Shown: positions 40,473 through 50,025, counted from the stretch's first letter. The stretch is DNA of 64,000 nt from a virus (IMGVR_UViG_3300031595_000166:32001-96000), one strand, 5' to 3'. Numbers and translations: made by a program. Notes: generated by a model not told the origin, from the sequence alone.

Positions 40473-40673
40473 ATGGACAATAGTAGTTTCTTCCATATTC
40501 TCAATGGCGCTGGTGCATTGATCGGCGTTATAATAGCATTTCTTTCTTACCGAAAATCTACTCAAAAAGGATCTGAGAAGCAGGTAGAATCAATTCAATT
40601 CACACTTAATCAACATAGCACGAAACTTGCGGTATTGGAAGAAAGATTGAATAACTTGAAAGATAGATTATAG
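40473..40673 (+). CDS. small single-TM coiled-coil protein (holin-like?)
   Basis: MDNSSFF...GALIGVIIAFLSY then coiled coil LAVLEERL. Confidence 0.45.
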   Translation: MDNSSFFHILNGAGALIGVIIAFLSYRKSTQKGSEKQVESIQFTLNQHSTKLAVLEERLNNLKDRL

Positions 40674-41204
40674 TCATTCCTCCACAAAATCTACTTCATC
40701 ATACGAATAACTCGTATCATTATACTCCGAGGTAAATGAGCCCGAATCAATAAATCCTTGCACATCATTCAGGTGTGCTGGTGGATTATAGTTATCAGTG
40801 ATCCATTGCTTGCGTTTTGCTTCGTATTCTTGATGGGCTTGATTACGAAGTTGCTGAATGTTTCCACATTCTTTATTCCAAGCACTAAGACGAGCATTAT
40901 GTTCTTGTTGCAATCGCTTGTGAATTGCTTTTAGTTCGGGAGTTATTTTCTTGATTTTATTCAATTCAATATATTCAGGTGATGCAGATGGTTGCGCTGG
41001 CAATATATATGTTTTGTAAGCATCATAGGCATATGGTCTTACGTTTTCATTAAGTTGTTTTGCAAACGCACAGTTGAATTCTTGAAGTTCTTCAAGTTTC
41101 TTTACGATCTCTTTTGCCTTATCCTCACTGCGACAAACGCAAACATTCGATTCGGTATGATCGGAATAATCACCATGGGAATCGCTAACAACATAGACTT
41201 TCAT
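40674..41204 (-). CDS. hypothetical phage protein
   Basis: MKVYVV...GDYSD...VC.SEDKA motif with helical insert. Confidence 0.65.
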   Translation of the reverse strand: MKVYVVSDSHGDYSDHTESNVCVCRSEDKAKEIVKKLEELQEFNCAFAKQLNENVRPYAYDAYKTYILPAQPSASPEYIELNKIKKITPELKAIHKRLQQEHNARLSAWNKECGNIQQLRNQAHQEYEAKRKQWITDNYNPPAHLNDVQGFIDSGSFTSEYNDTSYSYDEVDFVEE

Positions 41205-42236
41205 TGGTTTTTCTCACATGAGGCGTCTTGTTCTGTTGGTTGTTTTGGCTTATTTTCCGGGTAATGTCCAGCAGTAATTTCATTTAGTGTTGGCTGGTTA
41301 GTAAAACTAACCGGCACACAACCAACGAAAAATAGAATGATTAGACATAGTTTCATCATTGATTCTTCTCACAGGTTTTTAGATCATTAACACACAAGAC
41401 TGCCCAATCAGCGAATGTGCAATCAACATTTCCGCGACCATTGCAAAACGCAATTGGTTGATCATTTTTGAATGATGATATGCAGTAGTTCCAATTATGC
41501 CAACACACTGGATGAATATGTGCTCTGTGTGGATCGCGTGCTGGCTTTGAGCATGCAAGTATTGGTAGTAGAAGTAATGGTAGGAGTAGTGTTAGTTTTT
41601 TCATTGTGTGCTTTCTTTATGTTCGGGGTGAGTTTCGTTGCATGATTTAGTGTGGCATTTGTGATGGAACTTTGCGTGATACCATAGATGGGCTTTGCGG
41701 AAATAGTATCCGATGAATGGAAGCATTGCCATTAGAGCCATTGTTTCGTCGATGCACCAATGCATTTTCCTCAATCCTTTCATATACTTATGAATTTTTT
41801 ACCAAACCCTATTGCCATTCAACCAGCCACTATCCTCATCAACGAATAGAACATAGTCGGAATAATCACAAGACAGTTGCACCCAAGGATGTTCATCCTC
41901 AAGTTCTTGTTCTTCGCATTCATCGGATAGATCGCTGGACATTTTTTCAATTACGTACTTTATTGATTTACCGTCAAAACGACCATCAGTATATTCATCA
42001 ACGATATAACATTCGACTACGTCTTGATCGTTCATAACATCAAGCGGTTCAAAATCAATACCACCTCGCCCGCGAAGATACGACACGAAAATATCATCAA
42101 TAGTGGATGAGTTAGTAATTAATGTTTTCATTGCCTGAATGTTTGCAAGATCCATACCTTCGTGGGCGACCTTAGTCATTGCGAAAAAATTTCCAGACTT
42201 TACCAATAATGTTCCGCCAGTCATTGTCTTTATCCT

Positions 42237-42824
42237 TTATTGCGAGTTAGTTTTGATTATTAGTCGTTGCTTATCTACAATTGATTTGATTTCGTCGAGG
42301 TGATAGGGGAAGTAGTTGTTTCCATCTACGCCAACATCAAGCATATTGGGACGAAGTTTTGTTTCGGGAGTCGAATGAACGTGCCCGTGAAGGAGGAATT
42401 GATTTTCCTTATGCACCGGACGATAGTGTAGAAACCTCTTACCGAATTCATTTGGTTCTTCGTAAGGAAGATGATTCAATACGAATCCGTGCCAGTTTTC
42501 CAGTTGCTGATAGATACCGGCGAAACCATACATAAGATAGCGTTGTTTGGCTGCTTCCCATTTTTTATTTATTGGATGGCAGCGATCATGGTTGCCCGGA
42601 ATGAGAAACTTTTTTCCACTCAATCTCGGAAGAATGATTGGAACCGTTTTTTCATTCATCGAAAAATCGCCAAGACACCACAATTCATCCTCTGGCTTGA
42701 CCAATGAATTTATATTCGCAATCATTACCTCTTGCATATGCGACACATCTTTGAATGGTCGATTGCAATAGGTAATAATATTTCGATGATCCCAATGTGG
42801 ATCGCTATAAACCCATGTATTCAT
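42237..42824 (-). CDS. calcineurin-like metallophosphoesterase
   Basis: SDPHWDH, LGDFS, GNHD, NHLP, LHGHVH, DVGVD. Confidence 0.9.
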   Translation of the reverse strand: MNTWVYSDPHWDHRNIITYCNRPFKDVSHMQEVMIANINSLVKPEDELWCLGDFSMNEKTVPIILPRLSGKKFLIPGNHDRCHPINKKWEAAKQRYLMYGFAGIYQQLENWHGFVLNHLPYEEPNEFGKRFLHYRPVHKENQFLLHGHVHSTPETKLRPNMLDVGVDGNNYFPYHLDEIKSIVDKQRLIIKTNSQ

Positions 42825-43045
42825 TGATCTTTTTACCTTACTGAATGCTTGCTTTCACAACTTTACCGCTCTCAATTTCAATGCAAACTCTATCATCTCT
42901 CACTTCGCTCGGGTAATCAAAAAACATTTCCTTATCAATCCTGACCAAGTGGAAAATCATATTCCTCTTCTCTGCAAGATCTTGGGCGCTCTTCTTACTA
43001 AGACCGATGAAGTCATTTGAGTTATGCATTGATGGCTCCGTTCTG

Positions 43046-43117
43046 TTATTGTTTCATTTGTTCCATGTCAAAAAACGCGTAAAAAAACTGCTTGATTTTC
43101 AATAGAAGTTTTGCCAT
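43046..43117 (-). CDS. 23-aa leaderless peptide MAKLLLKIKQFFYAFFDMEQMKQ
   Basis: ATG 6 nt below -10 box of promoter 43124-43152. Confidence 0.4.
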   Translation of the reverse strand: MAKLLLKIKQFFYAFFDMEQMKQ

Positions 43118-43123
43118 CCAGAT

Positions 43124-43152
43124 ACTATAAGCACGCCTCGACCACCCGTCAA
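43124..43152 (-). promoter_or_regulatory. sigma70-type promoter
   Basis: TTGACG-17nt-TATAGT. Confidence 0.75.
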
Positions 43153-43456
43153 GTGTAGCATTATTGCCTACATGACGCCATACACTGAAAACTCTTTGTT
43201 TCGCCAGTGGTTCTATCAACAACCACAACACACATTACATCATCAACTCCTCTTGGAATTGACAATACCTGATAGCGATCATCATACTTCAATTCCGGTG
43301 ATATTGCAATTCTTTGCCCAGCAGATGGAACAATAGCAGATCCAACTTGCTTGTCTTCTCCCGAAGACCATATCATGGCAATAGCAAGAATTACAACGAA
43401 TATAACAGCAACACTAATAATCAATCTACCAACGGGGCTCATTCCATAATGCAGAA

Positions 43457-43891
43457 TTATCCGAGTTCTTCCAACACCTTACACGATAGACATTGGAACT
43501 TATTGTCTGGCATGTTAGCTTTGCCATGAGGCGCTGGCATGTTGCAACCAACGCATATCTGATCTGTTTTTACAATTTGTTCAGCAGCCAACCAGACTTC
43601 TGTTAATGGAGATAGCCAGTAATAATACTTGAATGTTTTAGCAATTGGAATCACTATATAATTGCTATCTCCATCCCATTTTTCATATATATGATCGCTA
43701 ACTTTGTTGGCACAACGAGGATTTATCTGTGAATCATCGTTAAACCCAACACATACTTCTCCCGCAACATAACGCCCAATAACAATGACTGGTACTTTAT
43801 GTTCACCACTTGGGCTAATAAAATTATTATTATTGATTCCAATCAAAATTTCTGCACCTAATGGAACGCCTCCGGCTTGCATATCAACCAC
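43457..43891 (-). CDS. variable domain + C-terminal CxxCxxPAPH Zn-ribbon family
   Basis: DQICVGCNMPAPHGKANMPDNKFQCLSC. Confidence 0.75.
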   Translation of the reverse strand: MVDMQAGGVPLGAEILIGINNNNFISPSGEHKVPVIVIGRYVAGEVCVGFNDDSQINPRCANKVSDHIYEKWDGDSNYIVIPIAKTFKYYYWLSPLTEVWLAAEQIVKTDQICVGCNMPAPHGKANMPDNKFQCLSCKVLEELG

Positions 43892-44330
43892 CTATATCCA
43901 ATAAAACTTTGCACGATATACATTGGAACTTATTGTCTGGCATATTTGCCTTGCAATGTGGTGCCGGAAGATTGCAACCAATACATGTTTGATTCGCACT
44001 GATTATTAGGCTCTCCACCAGTTGAACAATATAGTTAGAGCTAACCCAAGCGTAATACTTATACATGTTTATATTTTTTGACATATTGTATTTATCTGTA
44101 TTAGATTTCCATACTTTAACAGCATCTGCTACAAGATCGGAATAGGCAACATCAACGTCGCTCCATCCAATACATACATCCGAAGTATAAAATTTTCCTA
44201 CTACACAAACATTAAATGGTATTGTTCCAGTTATATCGATCTTACTGAGACGCATATTATTTTCTCTTGTTCGCTTGATTATAATTTCTGTATCAAGCGG
44301 AAGAGTTCCGATTTGAACTAAATTTGACAT
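43884..44330 (-). CDS. variable domain + C-terminal CxxCxxPAPH Zn-ribbon family
   Basis: NQTCIGCNLPAPHCKANMPDNKFQCISC. Confidence 0.75.
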   Translation of the reverse strand: MSNLVQIGTLPLDTEIIIKRTRENNMRLSKIDITGTIPFNVCVVGKFYTSDVCIGWSDVDVAYSDLVADAVKVWKSNTDKYNMSKNINMYKYYAWVSSNYIVQLVESLIISANQTCIGCNLPAPHCKANMPDNKFQCISCKVLLDIGG

Positions 44331-44354
44331 TCTAATAATTCCTCATATTTATGT

Positions 44355-45566
44355 ATGAATAATTCTCAACTACTTAAAAGAACTAATGATTTTAGAAAAC
44401 TTGCCGAAGAACCATATAGCAAGATTTTCGGCGATGATTTGCTTTCTTATATACTATCATTATTAACTCCGGGTAAATTCAAACGAGAAGAACTTTCAAG
44501 TTATATTCAAACCAATCGAACAATACTGAATGAGATGCGTGGCGCTATTGCTTGGAAAGGTAAGAATCCAAAAGGTGATCTAAATGGAATAGATAGAAAC
44601 AATAACTTTATCTTACTATCCAAACAATCTACTCCTCCAAAAGAATATGAAACAAGATCGATGTCATTATTGAAAGGCGTTGGCGCAATTCCTACATTGT
44701 ATTTATACACAATGAAAGAGCATGAATATAAACCAAAAGATAGAGACTATCCGAAAGAACTTGGTCATTATTCTTTTGTAATGCAAGCGTTTTTAGAGAT
44801 GTTTCCTTGGTTGAAAAATGAGAGCAACGAAGAATATAAGAACAATATATTCGAGTTCATAGAAACCAATAAATCTAATATAGATCGATTACGAAAACAA
44901 TTTGATTATGAACCTACATACATTGGTTCTGGATCATCTGGATCAACATTTGCTGTTGGTAAGAACAGAATACTAAAACTATTCAAGGATCATTCAGAAT
45001 ATCAAGCGGCGTTAGCATCAATGGGAAGAGTATTCACTGGACACGGTATGGGTAAAACGGAAGCGTATATTGATGATGCCGGAATATTTGGAACCTTTTA
45101 CGACAATGTCGTGTATTATTATACACAAGAAAGAATGATTCCATTAGGAGGATTATTCGCAGATGATTTAGATGCTGGTGGATATATGAAACAGATCTTG
45201 GAAAATATACAACAACTGTTCCTAAAAAACAGAATCATATTAGATAGACTTCACAAAATGGTAAATCATCCAAGAGTGTTGGATGCTATCCGTATGGTTG
45301 CAAACCGCATGACAGAGAAGGTAAAACAAACGAACGGTAAGAAAATTACCTATGTTGGCAATCTAATGAATGAACGAGTTGGCATTAGAGAAGATTGGTT
45401 AGTTGTATTGATCGAGGAGATGATTACGAAGTATATAACAAACCGAACTGATTTACATTTTGGGAATGTTGGTATCTCTAATAGAGGCGGCGGAACATTA
45501 ATTTATTTTGATGCAGCCTTCCAAGAAAAAGAAGACAGACAAAGAGAAGATATGATTGCTGTCTAA
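44355..45566 (+). CDS. protein-kinase-like fold protein
   Basis: YIGSGSSGSTF Gly loop, ILKLF, TDLHFGNVG catalytic loop, IYFDA. Confidence 0.65.
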   Translation: MNNSQLLKRTNDFRKLAEEPYSKIFGDDLLSYILSLLTPGKFKREELSSYIQTNRTILNEMRGAIAWKGKNPKGDLNGIDRNNNFILLSKQSTPPKEYETRSMSLLKGVGAIPTLYLYTMKEHEYKPKDRDYPKELGHYSFVMQAFLEMFPWLKNESNEEYKNNIFEFIETNKSNIDRLRKQFDYEPTYIGSGSSGSTFAVGKNRILKLFKDHSEYQAALASMGRVFTGHGMGKTEAYIDDAGIFGTFYDNVVYYYTQERMIPLGGLFADDLDAGGYMKQILENIQQLFLKNRIILDRLHKMVNHPRVLDAIRMVANRMTEKVKQTNGKKITYVGNLMNERVGIREDWLVVLIEEMITKYITNRTDLHFGNVGISNRGGGTLIYFDAAFQEKEDRQREDMIAV

Positions 45567-45569
45567 TAT

Positions 45570-46094
45570 TTAGAGAAGGATTAGATACTTTGTGAGATTG
45601 TCTTTTCCATAAATGCGTTTGTTATCAAGTTGTGGAATGTATTTACCATTGATCCAGTATCGAGTTTTTCCATTAGAATACTCAATAGCAGGTCCGTCTT
45701 CCCGATGATATTTGCCATTGAGACACCACCACTTGTTTCCATTAGCATACTCAATAGCAGGTCCGTCTTCCCGGTGAAGATTGCCATTGAGATACCATTC
45801 TTTGGTTCCATTAGCAAACTCAACAGCAGGCATCGTCAATCCAGTTTCTGGATTGATATCTTCCCGATGAAGATTGTCATTGAGATACCAATATTTGGTT
45901 CCATCAGCACACTCAATAGCAGGTCCGTCTTCCCGGTGAAGATTGCCATTGAGATACCATTCTTTGGTTCCATCAGCACACTCAATAGCAGGACCATCTT
46001 TCCGATGAAACTCGTCATTGAGATACCAAAATTTGTTTCCATCAGTATGGATTCTACACTCAGATTTTTGAGAACTATCTATGACCGCCGCCAT
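45570..46094 (-). CDS. HREDGPA repeat protein with C-terminal tag (start uncertain)
   Basis: 5 repeats incl. INPETGLTM insert; ends YGKDNLTKYLILL. Confidence 0.8.
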   Translation of the reverse strand: MAAVIDSSQKSECRIHTDGNKFWYLNDEFHRKDGPAIECADGTKEWYLNGNLHREDGPAIECADGTKYWYLNDNLHREDINPETGLTMPAVEFANGTKEWYLNGNLHREDGPAIEYANGNKWWCLNGKYHREDGPAIEYSNGKTRYWINGKYIPQLDNKRIYGKDNLTKYLILL

Positions 46095-46692
46095 GACCAC
46101 CACCCCCATGTGAGCCACCAGCGCCCGCAGAATGCCCACCAGCGTGCGACTGTGGCGCTGAATGCTGTTGTGGCGCCGAGTGTTGCTGAGGAGTAGTATG
46201 CTGTTGAACTGAATGTTGTTGAACTGAATGTTGTTGAACTGAATGTTGTTGTGGTGCAGAGCGTTGCATATTATGTTGTGGTGCTACATGTTGTTCTGGC
46301 GTTCCATTGCGATGATACCCACCACCAGAGTTTCGTGCCCAACCATGAGACTCACCCCAACCGCGTTCATGATAGAACGAATTATAATGTTCATGATAGC
46401 CGGGGTAATATCCAGCATGATACCCATTGTTAGACCAATAGCCATGTGGTCCGAACCACATTCCATAATAAGAATCAAAATACAATACCCCACCATCGAC
46501 AACATAATAACTACCGCAGAACTCTCGTTCGCCGAAGCTATCAACAATTATTGTGCAACCTTCTGTCAATCCAGTAGATGGGAATACCGATCCATCAGTG
46601 CCAACCACAACCTCTTGTGCATGTAATGTTGCGGCACAACCAGTCATTGCTAATCCCATTGACAATGCTAACATCAATACCATATTCTTCAT
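46075..46692 (-). CDS. putative lipoprotein with QQH(S/T) pentapeptide repeats and Gly/His tail
   Basis: MKNMVLMLALSMGLAMTGC lipobox; QQHSV x3, PQQHSA; GGHGGGHR end. Confidence 0.7.
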   Translation of the reverse strand: MKNMVLMLALSMGLAMTGCAATLHAQEVVVGTDGSVFPSTGLTEGCTIIVDSFGEREFCGSYYVVDGGVLYFDSYYGMWFGPHGYWSNNGYHAGYYPGYHEHYNSFYHERGWGESHGWARNSGGGYHRNGTPEQHVAPQHNMQRSAPQQHSVQQHSVQQHSVQQHTTPQQHSAPQQHSAPQSHAGGHSAGAGGSHGGGGHGGGHR

Positions 46693-46884
46693 GTGATTAT
46701 TCTCCTGTATAGTTTTCAATCTCTACCACAATACCAAGATACGCCCCATCGATGACATCAAAAATCTCTTGCTCAATAATTATCTGATCTGCAATCACAA
46801 TGTTGCCATTCTTCAATAAGACTTTCCTATTGGGCGTTATCCATGTTTCGTGGTCGTTTATTGCATTGTATATTCGTAGTATTT

Positions 46885-47322
46885 TCATAGTGTTGCAAGA
46901 AACTTGCATGATGAACATACGAAGTTATTGCCATCATTTGGGGCAACATGCGGCGCCGGTAAATCGCAACCAGCACATTTCTGATCTGGGAATAATATTA
47001 CAGCATCAACAAGATGCTGCACAATAGTCCTTGCTCCCACCCACATACAATACTTGTGTTCCAGCATATCGCTCTCGTTCATAACTAAACAATCAGATTC
47101 TAAAAATCTTTTACGAGAAGATTTATTCATTGCATGTAATGTTACTATCTGATTGTGTTCTGGATTTTTCCAACCAATACATCGATCTTCATTATATGTT
47201 GCTATAATAGTGCCAATATGACTCGAATATCTATCATCCTTATGAACAGCGCCATACTCATCATATGAGAACTTAACCGAATCACCAATATTCAGTTTTG
47301 ATATTTCAACGAAATCGCTCAT
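46885..47322 (-). CDS. variable domain + C-terminal CxxCxxPAPH Zn-ribbon family
   Basis: DQKCAGCDLPAPHVAPNDGNNFVCSSC. Confidence 0.75.
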   Translation of the reverse strand: MSDFVEISKLNIGDSVKFSYDEYGAVHKDDRYSSHIGTIIATYNEDRCIGWKNPEHNQIVTLHAMNKSSRKRFLESDCLVMNESDMLEHKYCMWVGARTIVQHLVDAVILFPDQKCAGCDLPAPHVAPNDGNNFVCSSCKFLATL

Positions 47323-47750
47323 AGTGTTCCTATAAACTCACAGGATTTACAAACATAAGTATCCGAGACATTAGGCTTAGCATGTGGCGCAGGAAGATTA
47401 CAACCAGCACATACTTGATTAGGCGATATGATACAATCAATAACTTTTACTCGAATATCTGCCCTAATCCATTTATAATAAGTATAGTCTTTACTTTCTG
47501 GTATCATTACATAACTTTCGGGATTTTTACTCCATCTGCCAAGCCCGTTTTTTACGTACGAAGCAATACCTCCAAGATCGTTATTCTCTTTCCATGCGAT
47601 ACACCTATCGGTATTGGCATATATACCAATCAATACGGCGTCTAATTGTTTATGGGACTCATTATATAAAACAATGTGGGGTCCATAGTTAATAATACTA
47701 ACATGTAGATGAGAACCTAATTCAACATCTTTTATTGCTGTTATTGTCAT
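47319..47750 (-). CDS. variable domain + C-terminal CxxCxxPAPH Zn-ribbon family
   Basis: NQVCAGCNLPAPHAKPNVSDTYVCKSC. Confidence 0.75.
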   Translation of the reverse strand: MTITAIKDVELGSHLHVSIINYGPHIVLYNESHKQLDAVLIGIYANTDRCIAWKENNDLGGIASYVKNGLGRWSKNPESYVMIPESKDYTYYKWIRADIRVKVIDCIISPNQVCAGCNLPAPHAKPNVSDTYVCKSCEFIGTL

Positions 47751-47763
47751 ATTGATTTCTAAA

Positions 47764-47913
47764 TTAGAGAACCGGGATTACAAGACTATAATCATCTGAA
47801 TTAACATCAATGATGTATGATACATGCGTCATATACAATCGAGCGTATACCCACGCTTCGGAAAAGAGATCGAATGTATCAATGAGTTTTCCGCGGCACA
47901 TTAGTTTATACAT
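47764..47913 (-). CDS. small leaderless protein (start MYKLMC)
   Basis: ATG 6 nt below -10 box; ORF-track extension overlaps promoter and divergent gene. Confidence 0.55.
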   Translation of the reverse strand: MYKLMCRGKLIDTFDLFSEAWVYARLYMTHVSYIIDVNSDDYSLVIPVL

Positions 47914-47919
47914 GTGGTA

Positions 47920-47948
47920 AATGTAGCCACGAATGTCTGGCTTGTCAA
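47920..47948 (-). promoter_or_regulatory. sigma70-type promoter, probably leaderless mRNA
   Basis: TTGACA-17nt-TACATT. Confidence 0.75.
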
Positions 47949-48002
47949 GATGTCGGACGATGTATGCAATGGGATGATATGGTATTATGTTAGGAGAATA
48001 CA

Positions 48003-48716
48003 ATGCACATAGCACTAATTTCACAATCAACACTTGTAAGTAATGCGGATGCTAAGACGATGGCAGATGCTTGTCAAAAACAATTGACGGATCATTTTCT
48101 TCCAGCATGGAATATGAAGGAAGGATTTTGCGCGTTTTATCCTGACAAGAGTGTCATACCGGCGAATTACTGGATTGTAAATCTCTTAGATAGCCCTACA
48201 CAAGCAGGAGCATTGGGATATCATTCAGTTGACAATGATGAGGTTGACGCATTTATTTTCGCCCAACCGGTATTGAGCAATGGAGGGGTGGTATTATACG
48301 ATCCATCTAATCCACAGAATGTTAGTGTTGCAAGTGTATGCAGTCATGAAATATGTGAGATGTTAAGTGATATTTATGCCAACACGTATTGTGATTTTGG
48401 CAATAAGAGTATCGCATTAGAAGCATGTGATCCAGTGCAAGGGAATAGTTATGTTATAAATGTTAATGGTCAGAATGTTTCTGTGTCAGACTTCGTTTAT
48501 CTATCGTATTTTGATCCAGAAGCCACCGCACAAGATATGCCGTTCAATCATTTGAATACTTTGACGGCACCATTTAGTATGGCGCCGGGTGGCTACATGA
48601 TTGTAAGAGGATCAGGTCCGGGAAGTGAAACGCAAGTCTTTGGTGATGCCATTCCTGAATGGGTGAAAGAAACTAAGAAAACTGCATTCGCTCGTTTTGC
48701 TCTAAGGACTAAATAA
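48003..48716 (+). CDS. zincin-like putative metallopeptidase (HExxE variant)
   Basis: GALGYH, SVCSHEICEMLSD, EACDPVQ, VSDFV; AGGAG RBS. Confidence 0.6.
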   Translation: MHIALISQSTLVSNADAKTMADACQKQLTDHFLPAWNMKEGFCAFYPDKSVIPANYWIVNLLDSPTQAGALGYHSVDNDEVDAFIFAQPVLSNGGVVLYDPSNPQNVSVASVCSHEICEMLSDIYANTYCDFGNKSIALEACDPVQGNSYVINVNGQNVSVSDFVYLSYFDPEATAQDMPFNHLNTLTAPFSMAPGGYMIVRGSGPGSETQVFGDAIPEWVKETKKTAFARFALRTK

Positions 48717-50025
48717 GTTTTCGTAGAGACTGTTTGTAATCGTATTCCCAGATAGACACTACGTTATATCCCGCTTCTTTAAGCTTAGCTTCTCTATTTA
48801 TAGTTTTTTCATATACCTGACCGAATGTTTTTCTTTTAATATCGGGATGCATTTTGTTATGATCGAATAATTTTGGATTACCATGCCAATAATCTCCGTA
48901 AAATTCATAAATAGTATTGGTATTTTGATCGTAAGCATCAACTTTAAATGATTTATTATTTATAATAATAGATTTTTGTCTGTTAAGTTCTGGAATATCT
49001 AAGTGATCTAACCATTTAGTTTCTATTTTAGATATGGTGTGGGCGCATTTAGGACACGCGTGGCCGAATAAATGATTTGAGGGAAGCTGTTCCCACATAC
49101 CATGTTCTGGACATATTATTTTAACTTTATATTTATTAGATTTATAATCTACTAAACTATAATCATATTTATTATGATGTTTTAGTTTTGCTTTTCCAAT
49201 GAATTCCTCTGTGGTATATTTTTTATTTTCTATACCACATGCCATACATCCACGACCCGATAAATGATCCGAAGGGGCTTGATTGAATTTACCATGTGTA
49301 GGACATTCTATTATTACATATGATTTATTATTTATAAATATAACTAAACCATAACTATATTTATTACCATGTATAGCGATAGCATATTGAATAAATTCTT
49401 CTGTTGTTCTTCTATATACATTAGAACACTTAGCACATCCATGACCATCCGTATGATCGTTTATAAGTTGAACAAAAATCCCATGCTCCTTACATATAAT
49501 CTCTAATTTATCTTGCGATGAATTTACACTCACCAATGAGTAATCATATTTTTCGCCATGGACTAATTGTGCTCGTTGAAGAAACTCTTCCTTACTAAGT
49601 TTGTCGAATTTTTTATGTGAATAATCGGGACAACCGGATCCCTGAATATGTCTTGTTGCTTTTTGTTCGAATACTCCATGCTCTGGGCATATAATTTTTA
49701 CTTTTTCCTGTGAGCCTTTGTAATTCACTATACTATAATCATAGTAATCTTTATGAACTAATTTTGCTCTGACAATAAAACTCTCTTTCGTTGTATTAAC
49801 TCTTGTACCAGAGCCATGCGATCTATTTGGGCAACCGTATCCTGATAGATGGTTGGTCGCCATCTGTTCCCATACGCCATGTTCAGGACAACCAATTTTT
49901 ACTTTGACGAAGGCGCCCTTATACTCTGCTAGCGAATAGTCATACAACTCTCCGTGAACTTCTTTGGCTTTTTCTATAAATCTTTCCGTGGTTAACTTCT
50001 TGCTCATACCATATAATATATCCAT
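48709..50025 (-). CDS. homing endonuclease-like protein: 5 CPxHG..F.Q....H..G.GC Zn repeats + Vsr-like nuclease domain
   Basis: Repeated FIxKAxxVHGxxYDYS...ICPEHG units; C-terminal VDAYD, YEFYGDYWHGNP, GYNVVSIWE. Confidence 0.8.
   Translation of the reverse strand: MDILYGMSKKLTTERFIEKAKEVHGELYDYSLAEYKGAFVKVKIGCPEHGVWEQMATNHLSGYGCPNRSHGSGTRVNTTKESFIVRAKLVHKDYYDYSIVNYKGSQEKVKIICPEHGVFEQKATRHIQGSGCPDYSHKKFDKLSKEEFLQRAQLVHGEKYDYSLVSVNSSQDKLEIICKEHGIFVQLINDHTDGHGCAKCSNVYRRTTEEFIQYAIAIHGNKYSYGLVIFINNKSYVIIECPTHGKFNQAPSDHLSGRGCMACGIENKKYTTEEFIGKAKLKHHNKYDYSLVDYKSNKYKVKIICPEHGMWEQLPSNHLFGHACPKCAHTISKIETKWLDHLDIPELNRQKSIIINNKSFKVDAYDQNTNTIYEFYGDYWHGNPKLFDHNKMHPDIKRKTFGQVYEKTINREAKLKEAGYNVVSIWEYDYKQSLRKLI

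Noticed and set aside
26717-46196. Long same-strand alternative-frame ORFs (METN.GISMAN...) and antisense ORFs over the HREDGPA genes
   Set aside because: Shadows of a 69-bp repeat with fixed third positions and no stop in those frames; they break at the inserts and have no independent start signals
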